Below the pieces are notes generated by a model. That model was not told the DNA's origin. It did no database searches and saw only the letters and a program-made list of their open reading frames with translations. The position numbers were made by a program, and so were the translations under genes. 35,906 bases of DNA, taken from the NCBI GenBank assembly GCA_964592905.1, contig CAZQGJ010000001.1, positions 1 through 35,906 of the forward strand, in the 5' to 3' direction. Numbering within the stretch: the first letter of the stretch is position 1; the number at the start of each line of letters is the position of its first letter. Positions 24,317 to 33,212 of the stretch are shown here, piece after piece. The stretch is from an uncultured Candidatus Saccharibacteria bacterium (GTDB taxonomy: Bacteria > Patescibacteriota > UBA1384 > CAYGGE01).

Positions 24317-24967
24317 ATGGCCTATTCGCCGATCGATCGCCGACAGGAAGAACGATGGGCAAAGTCGGGTCAGTTAGTCATCGGTTTAGACGAGGTTGGC
24401 CGAGGGGCCTGGGCCGGCCCTTTGATGGTAGGAGCCTGGCTTTACCCGATAGCGATCGAGCCGGCAAGTTTTTTGACTACTCCCTTAGCCAATCGGTTGA
24501 CCGATTCGAAGCTACTGACGCCCCGATTGCGGGCGACTCTGGCCCCAGAGCTAGAGCAGAGCAGTCGGTTTGCGGTGGCCAGCCAGTCAGCTACGTCGAT
24601 TGATCAAGTTGGCTTGACTCAGGCTCTGCGACTAGCTTATCTTGAGGCCGCTTTGAGTATTACCAAGGAGTTAAAGGTCGAGCCAAGCCAGGTGATCTGG
24701 TTACTAGACGGTAAGACAAACTTTTTACCTCTCGAGTGGCCGCTTGTCAGCCTGACCGTCAAGGGTGACCAACGCTGGTTTGCGATTGCCGCCGCCTCGG
24801 TTATCGCCAAAGTTCGCCGGGATGAACTGATGACGAGGCTCGCAGGCAAGCTACCCGGTTACGGCTTCGAGAAGCACAAGGGCTACGGCACAACCGAACA
24901 TCGCCTAGCCATTCAGCGATTAGGACTAACTACCGAACATCGCCAGAGCTATCAACTTGGTTTATAA
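24317..24967 (+). CDS. rnhB: ribonuclease HII
   Basis: GLDEVGRGAWAGPL catalytic motif, DSK, and KHKGYGT near the C-terminus. Confidence 0.9.
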   Translation: MAYSPIDRRQEERWAKSGQLVIGLDEVGRGAWAGPLMVGAWLYPIAIEPASFLTTPLANRLTDSKLLTPRLRATLAPELEQSSRFAVASQSATSIDQVGLTQALRLAYLEAALSITKELKVEPSQVIWLLDGKTNFLPLEWPLVSLTVKGDQRWFAIAAASVIAKVRRDELMTRLAGKLPGYGFEKHKGYGTTEHRLAIQRLGLTTEHRQSYQLGL

Positions 24968-25018
24968 CCAATATTTTGCTATATTAGCCGAACTGTAGCC
25001 AGAGAGTAACGGAGGCTT

Positions 25019-26095
25019 ATGAAATTACTGAATAACTCTACTTACGCCGTCATCGTAGCCGGCGGATCAGGCACCCGATTATGGCCGATGAGTCGCAAAG
25101 ATCTACCTAAGCAGATGCAAAAATTCATCAGTGATAAAACGTTGATCGACGAAACATATCAGCGCCTGGTCGGCGTCTTTCACCAACAGAATATCTACGT
25201 AGCTACCACCGCTAACTATAAAGACAAGATTCAAGAGCTACTGCCAGATATAGACTCTAAGAATATCATCGTCGAACCCGAAGCGCGTGGCACCACGGCC
25301 GCCTTTGCCCTCTTTTCAGCGACTATTGCCGCCAAGGATCCCGAGGCGATCATCTTTAGCTTAGCCTCGGATCACGCGGTGACCGATATCGAAAAGTTTC
25401 AAACTACGATTCGACATGCGGTGGCCGAGATTGAAGAGCACCCAAAACAGATCGCCATCGTCGGTATCAAACCGACTCGAGCCGATACCGGCTTGGGTTA
25501 TATCAAGATCGGGAAGACGATTAATTCTGACCACAACTGCTATCAGGTCGAGAAATTTGTCGAAAAGCCTTCACACGAGGTGGCTAAGGTTTATTACGAA
25601 AGCGGCGAGTATCTCTGGAATACCGCTTATTACTGCTACAAGGCTAAAACTCTTCTGGCCGCTTACGCTGATGCCGACCCTAAAATTACCGACTCGGTCA
25701 AAGCCTATCTGAAATCTGGCGACAAAGCGGACTTTCAGGCTATACCGAATACGGCTCATGAGATCGAGATTATCAACAGCCAAAAGTTCCCGATCTTGGG
25801 TATCGCTGCCGATTTTGACTGGTCCGATATCGGTAACTGGCAGGCCTTACACTCTTTACTTAAGTCTCTGACTGGTAAGGATTTAATTGAGAGTAGCTCT
25901 AGCCATATTGACATTAACTCCAGCAACTGTTTAATTATGGCTCAAGAGGATAAGCTAATCGCTACTGTCGGCCTCAATAATATCGTGGTCGTGGAAACGC
26001 CCGATGTTTTGCTAGTGATGAACAAAGAACAGCCACAAGAGATTAAAGAATTACTGAATATAATCAAAGCTAAGGGCTTGGAGAGATATCTATGA
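25019..26095 (+). CDS. manC: mannose-1-phosphate guanylyltransferase (nucleotidyltransferase domain only)
   Basis: AVIVAGGSGTRLWPMSR...PKQ motif, GYIK, and FVEKP. Confidence 0.8.
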   Translation: MKLLNNSTYAVIVAGGSGTRLWPMSRKDLPKQMQKFISDKTLIDETYQRLVGVFHQQNIYVATTANYKDKIQELLPDIDSKNIIVEPEARGTTAAFALFSATIAAKDPEAIIFSLASDHAVTDIEKFQTTIRHAVAEIEEHPKQIAIVGIKPTRADTGLGYIKIGKTINSDHNCYQVEKFVEKPSHEVAKVYYESGEYLWNTAYYCYKAKTLLAAYADADPKITDSVKAYLKSGDKADFQAIPNTAHEIEIINSQKFPILGIAADFDWSDIGNWQALHSLLKSLTGKDLIESSSSHIDINSSNCLIMAQEDKLIATVGLNNIVVVETPDVLLVMNKEQPQEIKELLNIIKAKGLERYL

Positions 26096-27465
26096 ACGAA
26101 ACTACATCATACTTTTTACCTGGGGCCAGAGAGCGACTGTTGGCCGACGAGCGAAAGATTGTTCACATTGTGACGATCGCCACAAAGCCAGATATTATTA
26201 AACAGGCGCCGATCTACCAGGAGTTGGTGCGACGCGGCGAACTGGTCATTCTCTGTCATACCGGACAGCATCATGATTTTCGCTATAGCGGCGGCATGGA
26301 AGAGGAGTTTGGCCTGACAGTGAGCGTCATGCTGGCCATTAACGGCAGTCTGCACCAAAAGATCGCCCAGATGATCGAGCGGTTCGGTCAGGTCCTCGAG
26401 GAGCTCAAAACGGCTGGCAAGGTTGCCATTCCGTATATTCATGGTGATACCAGTACGGCAATGGCGATTGGTCTGTCGAGTTACATGCACCAGGTTGCCT
26501 GTGTTCATGTCGAGGCCGGCATTCGCACCCTCACCCTCAAAGCCGATGTTTATAAGCGACATTACGCTGATTTTTTGGCCGGGCGGTTTGATTTTGCCAG
26601 TTATTATGCCGATAGTCAGATCGACACCAACTATGAGCGGGGGAGTATGGAGCCGTTCCCAGAGCAGTTCAATACTCGAGTTGCCGAGCCAGCCACCGGT
26701 GTCTACGCCGCTCCAGTCGAGATCGATGCCGAGTTCCTCCGCCAAGAGGGCTTTAGCGCCGATCGGATTGTCGTCACCGGCAATAGCGTCGCCGATGCGA
26801 CCGCCTTGGCCATTGCTGATAGTGAACAATCGACAATCTTAGAGAAGTATCCCCAGTTGGCCAACGGCAAGTTTATTCGTTTTTGTATCCATCGACGGGA
26901 AAATACTGGCAACCGTCGCCGTTTTATGATTATCTTCGAGGCGATGGCCAAGTTGATCGAGAGCGGTCACTCCGTTCTCTTAATCTCGCTCTTTGGTACC
27001 GAACAGGCGATCGATAACTACGGTTTACGGCCTCGACTTGAACAGTTGGTCAAAGATTACCCCGAAAGCTTTATTTACTCTGATGTTTGGCCATACTATC
27101 GCGACGTCATCGCTGCCATGCGCCTAGCCGCCTTGGTCGCCACTGACTCTGGCTCGATGCAAGAGGAGATGAATATTTTAGGCATTCCTTGCGTCACGCT
27201 ACGCTTTGGCTCGGACAGAGGCGAGACCTTTATTGCCGGCTGTAATGTGGCCGCCCCGCCAGTCGATACCGATTGGATCGTAGCGATTATCGAGGGCGCT
27301 CTAGCCACGCCGGCCTTGGCAAAACGGCCTAATCTCTATGGCGAGAACGTTTCGGCCAAGATCGTTGATTTGGTTCTGTCTAAATTGACGCCAGGCTCAA
27401 CTGCTGGGCTATTTCAGACGGAAGAGGACCGACTCGACTGGCCGCAACCAACAACCGCTCAATAA
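26092..27465 (+). CDS. wecB: UDP-N-acetylglucosamine 2-epimerase-like protein (longer than typical)
   Basis: ATGA overlap with the upstream gene. Motifs TKPDIIKQAPI, HTGQHHD and HVEAGIRT. Confidence 0.75.
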   Translation: MNETTSYFLPGARERLLADERKIVHIVTIATKPDIIKQAPIYQELVRRGELVILCHTGQHHDFRYSGGMEEEFGLTVSVMLAINGSLHQKIAQMIERFGQVLEELKTAGKVAIPYIHGDTSTAMAIGLSSYMHQVACVHVEAGIRTLTLKADVYKRHYADFLAGRFDFASYYADSQIDTNYERGSMEPFPEQFNTRVAEPATGVYAAPVEIDAEFLRQEGFSADRIVVTGNSVADATALAIADSEQSTILEKYPQLANGKFIRFCIHRRENTGNRRRFMIIFEAMAKLIESGHSVLLISLFGTEQAIDNYGLRPRLEQLVKDYPESFIYSDVWPYYRDVIAAMRLAALVATDSGSMQEEMNILGIPCVTLRFGSDRGETFIAGCNVAAPPVDTDWIVAIIEGALATPALAKRPNLYGENVSAKIVDLVLSKLTPGSTAGLFQTEEDRLDWPQPTTAQ

Positions 27466-27529
27466 CGGTCAAAAACGTTCAATCAGTAGCCAGACGAGTT
27501 TAAAGACCGGGCCTAGAACAAGGAGAGTC

Positions 27530-28783
27530 ATGCAGCAGTTTTTACCAACAGTCGAGTATCTCAATCTGCCTACTTGGGCCAAAGCCAGTTCGGACAAAGA
27601 GTCGGCTAAAGCTAAGATTATCTCAGAGCTTCGCCAGAATCCACCCTCTTTTTTAAGCGGACAGGCCGATGTAGCTGAATTAACCCGCGAGCTAGCCGAG
27701 TATAGCTCCGTCAAAAATCTGATCTTAATCGGTAACGGCGGCTCTGTCTGGAGCTTTATGGCCTTTGCCAAAGCTTTGTTGCCACTGGCCACCCTCAAAC
27801 AAGTCTACGCCTTGACCGATATGGAGCCGGGCTATCTGCAAGAGGTGATGGGGGAGTGTCCTGTCGAATCTAGTTTAGTGGTGGTTGTGTCTAAATCTGG
27901 CTCAACGATTGGAGTGATTGAAAATCTGATTGCTTTGAGCCAATATCAGAAACTGTTCGTAACTGACCCCAGTAGTCCGATCGGACAGTTAGCCGAGTAC
28001 TATCAGGCAGCGCTAATCGAACATCCAGTAGTCGGTGGTCGCTACACGGCTTTTACCAATTCGGCCGCCGTGCCTAGCTTGGTCATGGGACTAGAGTTTG
28101 AAAAGATCTTAGCCGGCGGACGCTTAGCATATCAGGAGTACGGCGTAGATAGTTTGACAGAGCCAGAGCCAGAAGGTAATGCGGCTTTTGAGTTGGCCTG
28201 GATCATCTATCAAGCGGAACTCAATGGCTTGACCGAAATATTTGCCCCGATTTATTCTAATTATTACGAGACTTTCGCCCTGGTACTGACGCAGTTAATT
28301 CACGAGTCGTTTGGCAAGGCCGGACAGGGTCCGACTATCTTGGCAGTCAAGGCGCCTGAAAGTCAACATCACACCAATCAGCGCTACTTTGGTGGTCGGG
28401 CTAATATGTTCGGCCTGTTTATTGTGGCCGAAGGTCAGACAGAGAGCTCTCTAAAAAGAGATATTAAGTTGGAAGTTCCCAGTGAAATCGCTGATATCGA
28501 GTGCCGTGGAGTCAAGCTAGGACAGTTTGACGGCCTGAATCTTAGCCAGAGCTTCGCCGCCGAATCGGCTGGCACGATCGGGGATGCGATGAGCAAAAAT
28601 AAACCGGCAGCCGTGGTGCGGTTACCGGCGGTTAATCCAGAGGCAGTCGGAGCTTGGATGGGCTTCTTGCACTACTTTACAGTTTACTCCAGTCTACTGC
28701 GTGGTGTCGACCCTTACGACCAGCCACAGGTCGAGGATAGTAAGGCCATCTCGGTTAAACTTCGACTTGAGACCATGCAGTAG
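27530..28783 (+). CDS. pgi: glucose-6-phosphate isomerase (short type)
   Basis: RBS AAGGAGAG. SIS-domain motifs IGNGGS and VVVSKSGSTIG, then GGRYT. Confidence 0.85.
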   Translation: MQQFLPTVEYLNLPTWAKASSDKESAKAKIISELRQNPPSFLSGQADVAELTRELAEYSSVKNLILIGNGGSVWSFMAFAKALLPLATLKQVYALTDMEPGYLQEVMGECPVESSLVVVVSKSGSTIGVIENLIALSQYQKLFVTDPSSPIGQLAEYYQAALIEHPVVGGRYTAFTNSAAVPSLVMGLEFEKILAGGRLAYQEYGVDSLTEPEPEGNAAFELAWIIYQAELNGLTEIFAPIYSNYYETFALVLTQLIHESFGKAGQGPTILAVKAPESQHHTNQRYFGGRANMFGLFIVAEGQTESSLKRDIKLEVPSEIADIECRGVKLGQFDGLNLSQSFAAESAGTIGDAMSKNKPAAVVRLPAVNPEAVGAWMGFLHYFTVYSSLLRGVDPYDQPQVEDSKAISVKLRLETMQ

Positions 28784-28858
28784 TTAGTTATCTCAAAATA
28801 AACTGGTCGCAATGAGCCATCTTGATTTTTCAGGTCAGATGCCCTAAAATCAGGGCAT

Positions 28859-28934
28859 GGGCCATTAGCTTAGCTGGTAGAGCGCATCCATGGCATGGAT
28901 GAGGTCAGCGGTTCGAATCCGCTATGGTCCACCA
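28859..28934 (+). tRNA. tRNA-Ala(GGC), CCA encoded
   Basis: Acceptor stem GGGCCAT/ATGGTCC with the G3:U70 alanine identity pair. Anticodon arm CATCC-ATGGCAT-GGATG. T-arm AGCGG-TTCGAAT-CCGCT. Confidence 0.9.
28911..28934 (+). repeat. att-like direct repeat, copy 1 (3' end of tRNA-Ala)
   Basis: GTTCGAATCCGCTATGGTCCACCA is identical to 29112-29135. Confidence 0.85.
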
Positions 28935-28970
28935 AAAAGTCATCACTTCGCGTGGTGATTTTTTGTTTTT
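28935..28970 (+). terminator. intrinsic terminator after tRNA-Ala
   Basis: TCATCAC-TTCGC-GTGGTGA hairpin (28940-28958) followed by TTTTTTGTTTTT. Confidence 0.6.
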
Positions 28971-29111
28971 GTTTGTAATGCAAAAATAGGATTCGAACAC
29001 GAAGGGGGTCGGGGAAACAGTTGTTTCCCCGCTCGGGGTGACAGCGAATTCGAGCTAGCGAGAATGAGCGCCAGAGGGCGGAAGCCCTATGGAGAGAAGC
29101 GAAGCGACGAC

Positions 29112-29135
29112 GTTCGAATCCGCTATGGTCCACCA
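29112..29135 (+). repeat. att-like direct repeat, copy 2 (perfect 24-nt copy of the tRNA-Ala 3' end), overlapping the recombinase stop codon
   Basis: This is an exact 24-nt match to 28911-28934. The last four recombinase codons (NGGP) and the TAG stop lie inside it. Confidence 0.85.
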
Positions 29136-30622
29136 TTTCTCACTTTGAGATCACCATCGAGACGACGGAATGGTTCCGTCAGACTAAATTCAACCTTTTT
29201 ACCGGCTAATGAGCAGTTAGATACCACGTTTGTGAGGAACTCTCTCTGGAGAGCCGGTATCGAACTTAACTCAGATAACAATTCTCCGGCCTCACTCAAA
29301 AGTCGGTACAAATGATCGGTCGTTAAATTAGGTAATAGTTCAGTGCTTTCCACGGCTAGCTTCTCTAGTTGGCTTTTTTTGAGTGTAAGTTTGTTTTCCG
29401 CGTCCGTCAATACTAACTTCATGACCTCTTCTGAAATCTCACCCCGTCGGCGCATCTGGACCGTATCTTTAATTTCAATTTGTAAGTTTTCCACAGCCTT
29501 TTCCATTTCCTCCCGATCTCTGGCCGCTGTTCGAAGGTTATTTGAACGGTTAGCATTCATTTGCTCTAAAGATTTAGCAATTTCCCACTTGTAAACTCGA
29601 AACTTGGTAAAGCCTTTCTTAAACTGCTTAAAGACTAATGTTTGCGAGATGCTATTGCCTGGGCACGTTTCCGGTCCCTTGCCTTTGGTGCAGCGTAAAT
29701 AGACGCCGTAAAGTTCTTCACGCTTCCTGACCCAAGAGGGGGAGATAGAACAATCACAATAAGCGCAGCGAATAACACCAGTTAAACCAAAGACCTTTTT
29801 CTCAAGCCGACTTTTGCGTTTATTGACGTTCTGGCACTTATACCAGGTCTCCTCATCAACAATTGGCTCGTAGTTGTGTCGCTTCAAGGTGCCATCCGGC
29901 ATCGTGAAATAGCCCATGTAGAAAGGATTGCGGAAAGCATGATCTAAGACACTTTGCGTAATTGGCCGAGCGAGCTTTGAATTAGTCGTTAGCCCTCGAT
30001 CTCGCATGATTCTAGCGCATTCTCGTAAGGTATATTGCCCCGTGGCACGCAGTTTAAAGGCCTCAAGCATCTGCGGACCCCGAACGGGGTCTTTCAGAAT
30101 ATCTTTCTTACCGCCAATGGTAATATGCATATAGCCAACACCAGCTTTTGACCAATAGCGGCCTTGCTCGCGCATTAGGTTCTGGTAGCGTTTTTGGTTA
30201 TCCCTGGAAGCGGCAGAGTAGTAATACCCATCAGAAAGCCCTGAGAGTAATTGGCGTTCAATCGCCGCTGGAGAATCTTTAGAGACAATCAGCCAGTCAG
30301 AAAGGAAGTGAAGCTCAAGTTTGCCGGCTTTGACCATGTAGACAATGTCGAGGACATCCTCATTGAACCCTCGGCCAAGGCGATCAATCTTGTCAGCACA
30401 AAGGGCGACGCATTTACCGCGAGTGACTCGTTTTAATTCACTGACGAGTTCATGAAATTTCTTTCTCGTGCGCTTAAAGGCCGATTCCTCAATGGGGACT
30501 TCCCGCAGTACGGTAAAGCCCTTTTTCTGGCAATAGTCACGCAAAGGGTTGAGCTGGGCATCGTTTTCCTGCTCTTTGGTGGAGACTCTTGCTAAAATAT
30601 AGGCGTCAGTTGGTTTATCCAT
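29123..30622 (-). CDS. large serine recombinase/integrase
   Basis: Resolvase catalytic domain YILARVSTKEQ (catalytic Ser) and DRLGR. Recombinase domain. Zinc-ribbon Cys cluster CAYCDC...CTKGKGPETC. C-terminal coiled-coil-like region. RBS GGGGAG. Confidence 0.9.
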   Translation of the reverse strand: MDKPTDAYILARVSTKEQENDAQLNPLRDYCQKKGFTVLREVPIEESAFKRTRKKFHELVSELKRVTRGKCVALCADKIDRLGRGFNEDVLDIVYMVKAGKLELHFLSDWLIVSKDSPAAIERQLLSGLSDGYYYSAASRDNQKRYQNLMREQGRYWSKAGVGYMHITIGGKKDILKDPVRGPQMLEAFKLRATGQYTLRECARIMRDRGLTTNSKLARPITQSVLDHAFRNPFYMGYFTMPDGTLKRHNYEPIVDEETWYKCQNVNKRKSRLEKKVFGLTGVIRCAYCDCSISPSWVRKREELYGVYLRCTKGKGPETCPGNSISQTLVFKQFKKGFTKFRVYKWEIAKSLEQMNANRSNNLRTAARDREEMEKAVENLQIEIKDTVQMRRRGEISEEVMKLVLTDAENKLTLKKSQLEKLAVESTELLPNLTTDHLYRLLSEAGELLSELSSIPALQREFLTNVVSNCSLAGKKVEFSLTEPFRRLDGDLKVRNGGP

Positions 30623-30775
30623 TTACTCCCCTCGGTTTGAGACCGAACATAAGCTGTAAGTCCAGTATACCGTCTCTTACCGCTTCGGCAAGGTAATGTC
30701 AAGTCCTTACTAATAAAAAAGGAGACGGACCGTTACCAGTCTATCTCCCTATTGCAACTGCGCTGTGTTGTGGCT

Positions 30776-31105
30776 CTACGATGCGCTTCGGCGACCAGAC
30801 TCAAGAACTTCCTTCATCTCCGCTTGAGCTTTCTCACTGAGTCCTACAGTGCTCCATGTGTCGGTTGACCGAAGACCAAGTTCCGAAAGCTCGCGGCGTA
30901 ACGCATCGCCTTTGGACAATGGGAATTCTTGGCCACCAATCTCGACCTTTGCATCTCGGTTCTTGTAGTGACTAAGGAGGCCATCGACGCCACCTTCGTT
31001 CACTAAGCGGACGAACTCCTGTATGTTCATATCGCGCATTACTTCACCTTGGTTGCCCTGTGAGCCCTGCTCTATCGACATTTGAACTCCTTTCGAGTTG
31101 GCCAT
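30776..31105 (-). CDS. hypothetical protein (109 aa)
   Basis: The ORF is on the same strand as the recombinase and upstream of it. An imperfect hairpin plus T-tract follows its 3' end on the minus strand (about 30715-30750). No motif recognised. Confidence 0.55.
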   Translation of the reverse strand: MANSKGVQMSIEQGSQGNQGEVMRDMNIQEFVRLVNEGGVDGLLSHYKNRDAKVEIGGQEFPLSKGDALRRELSELGLRSTDTWSTVGLSEKAQAEMKEVLESGRRSAS

Positions 31106-31368
31106 TATGTCTAATAATATACCACAAGAGTAGCAGGTTACAATAAGGCATTAAGAGTTAGGCGATAAGTGTCCTGTCAACCCCTTGCATTGGGGATTAT
31201 TTGGTGGTAGGATCAGGGTACAACAGAATAAAAGAGACAGTAATTTAAACGGTTAATTCCGTAGCATATCAAGTCGCAAACAGCGGCTTTTTTTGTGCAT
31301 TCACGCTAGTTTCGGAAACCGTAGGTTGCCCCTCGACCTACGGCCCCCAAAGCTAAGGTGGAGGGACC

Positions 31369-31692
31369 ATGGTCCGCAAATACCGTAATCGTTCCTGTGA
31401 ATTTCAAGGTGTAAAGTACGACTCTCTCAAAGAGGGGAATTACGCTTTGCATTTGCATTATGAGCAAATGGCCAGAGAGATTCAACGCTGGGAACCCAAA
31501 CCCAAGTATCGACTAGTCGTTAACGGTGCTCCAATCTGTACCATAGTTCCAGATTTTCTCGTAGTGACGCGAGACGGCAAAACCGAAGTTCATGAAATTA
31601 AGAGCAAACCAACTATGACGCCAGTTTGGCGACTCAAGAAAAAACTCTTTGAGGTGCTCTATCCAGACATAATCTACCGGGTGATTGTATGA
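31369..31692 (+). CDS. DUF1064-like small PD-(D/E)xK-fold phage protein
   Basis: RBS AAGGTGGAGG. FQGVKYDSLKEGNYA...PDFLVV...EVHEIKS...WRLKKKLF resembles the phage DUF1064 pattern with a D...E-x-K motif. Confidence 0.55.
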   Translation: MVRKYRNRSCEFQGVKYDSLKEGNYALHLHYEQMAREIQRWEPKPKYRLVVNGAPICTIVPDFLVVTRDGKTEVHEIKSKPTMTPVWRLKKKLFEVLYPDIIYRVIV

Positions 31693-32954
31693 GTGAGACT
31701 AGAAACGAAATGAGGAAAGTAAGCGAGCTCATCTTTGCCGAATACAATCCTCGGCAAATTAATAAACATGACTTTCACAAACTGGTCCAATCGATTGAGG
31801 AATTCGGCTTTGTTGAGCCGGTCGTAATCAATACAGACAACACCATCATTGGCGGCCACATGCGAGTCAGAGCCGCCCAAGAACTCAAACTGACTGAGAT
31901 TCCGGTTATCGTCGTTGACCTACCCAAAGCCAAAGAGAAAGCCCTTAATTTAGCCTTAAACCGTATCCACGGTGAATGGGACGAGCAGAAACTAGCTGAG
32001 ATCCTCTTTGAGCTTGAAGACTTACCAGAGCTGCAGCTAACTGGCTTTACTGACTCTGAAATATCCAAGACTCTCGACACGGTTCGGGCCTCAAAAGAGG
32101 ATTAATTCGATGCGGTTAAGGAATACGAAAATATTACTGACCCAGTAGCTAAGGAAGGTGATCTCTACCAACTGGGAGAGCACCGACTGCTTTGTGGCGA
32201 TGCCACTAATCCAGATAATTGGAATAGGCTCATGGCTAACGACGAAGCTCAGCTCATCTTTACCGATCCGCCCTACAATGTCGACTACCACTCACCAGGC
32301 GGTATGAGCTACAACTCCACCAAATTCGGTGGCTCAGGAGGCCCAATCTTTAACGACAATAAGTCAGATGAAGACTGCATTGCCTTTTATACTGAGGTTC
32401 TGAAAAATCTCTACGAGCAAACCAGAGATGATGCAGCGATTTACTGGTGGTTTGCTAATAAGAATAACCACTTGAATCGTTATGCCTTTGATAATACCGG
32501 CTGGCATATGTCTCAAATCGTCATTTGGCTCAAAAACTCCTTTGTCTTCTCGCCTGGTCAAGACTACCACCGGGTGTATGAACCCTGCATGCTGGGCTGG
32601 AAAAAAGGCAATAGCCACTACATCAACCGTAAATATACCAACCTCTCCGATGTCTTTAACCTTAACTACGCTGAATTTGAGGAAATGATTGATGTTTGGT
32701 ACCAACGACGGGATGCAACAGCGACCTATATCCATCCAACCCAAAAGCCGGTCCGACTCGCAGAACGGGCGTTAAAGAAACACAGCAAGATTGGCGACAT
32801 TGTAATTGACGCCTTTGGTGGCTCAGTCTCGACCTTAATTGCATGCGAAACTATGAAACGCCAAGCAAGATTGATGGAACTCGATCCGAAATACGTCGAT
32901 GTGATTATCAAGCGCTGGGAGCAACTAACTGGCGATAAGGCAGTGAAATTATGA
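31689..32954 (+). pseudogene. ParB-like nuclease domain fused to an N4/N6 DNA methyltransferase, interrupted by one in-frame TAA (32103-32105)
   Basis: The ParB N-domain (NPRQI...IIGGHMRVRAA) and the MTase ORF are in the same frame. Codons 32106-32231 have no stop and encode the conserved MTase N-terminus GDLYQLGEHRLLCGDATNPDNW, which lies upstream of the annotated ATG at 32232. Motifs TDPPYN and HPTQKP are present. Confidence 0.75.
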
Positions 32955-33121
32955 AGTATTCGAGCGAAAAAACTGATGAAATTTGTAAATACCTCGAAAC
33001 TGGCATGAGCCGTGAGGATTCTTGGACTTTAGCAGATATAAACAAAGACACTTTTTATGATTGGATGAAGAAAAAATCCGACTTTTCCGACTCTATAAAG
33101 GACCTCCTCCCCGGACGTTAG
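32951..33121 (+). CDS. small HTH-like protein (56 aa) resembling N-terminal DNA-binding domains of small terminase/transposase-type proteins
   Basis: ATGA overlap with the MTase stop. The sequence is MKYSSEKTDEICKYLETGMSREDSWTLADINKDTFYDWMKKKSDF. The stop lies inside the terminator hairpin. The ORF is below the track's length cutoff. Confidence 0.5.
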   Translation: MKYSSEKTDEICKYLETGMSREDSWTLADINKDTFYDWMKKKSDFSDSIKDLLPGR

Positions 33122-33145
33122 TCCGGGGAGGAGGTCCTTTGTTTG
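33100..33145 (+). terminator. strong intrinsic terminator (17-bp perfect stem)
   Basis: GGACCTCCTCCCCGGAC-GTTA-GTCCGGGGAGGAGGTCC followed by TTTGTTTG. An A-tract upstream suggests it works in both directions. Confidence 0.85.
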
Positions 33146-33212
33146 TAATATTAAGAGAACACCACCATCGAAACAGCACCGTTAAACGGTTGTTTTTTGT
33201 TTCTGTCGCTGG

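Noticed and set aside
26116-26829. 237-aa antisense ORF inside the wecB-like gene (and the 139-aa + strand alternative frame at 26423-26842)
   Set aside because: It is fully nested in a well-supported CDS with clear motifs. The translations are low-complexity (G/L/I/A-rich) with no motif. Such ORFs are typical of open frames opposite GC-richer genes.
28985-29045. Possible minus-strand tRNA suggested by GGATTCGAAC at about 28989-28998
   Set aside because: The flanking bases cannot form a T-stem or an acceptor stem on either strand. The region more likely belongs to a decayed element end.
28870-29315. ORFs 28870-29136 (-) and 29064-29315 (+)
   Set aside because: They span the tRNA, its terminator and the att repeats; the repeated VDHSGFE peptide is simply the translated repeat. 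They also overlap the recombinase 3' end.
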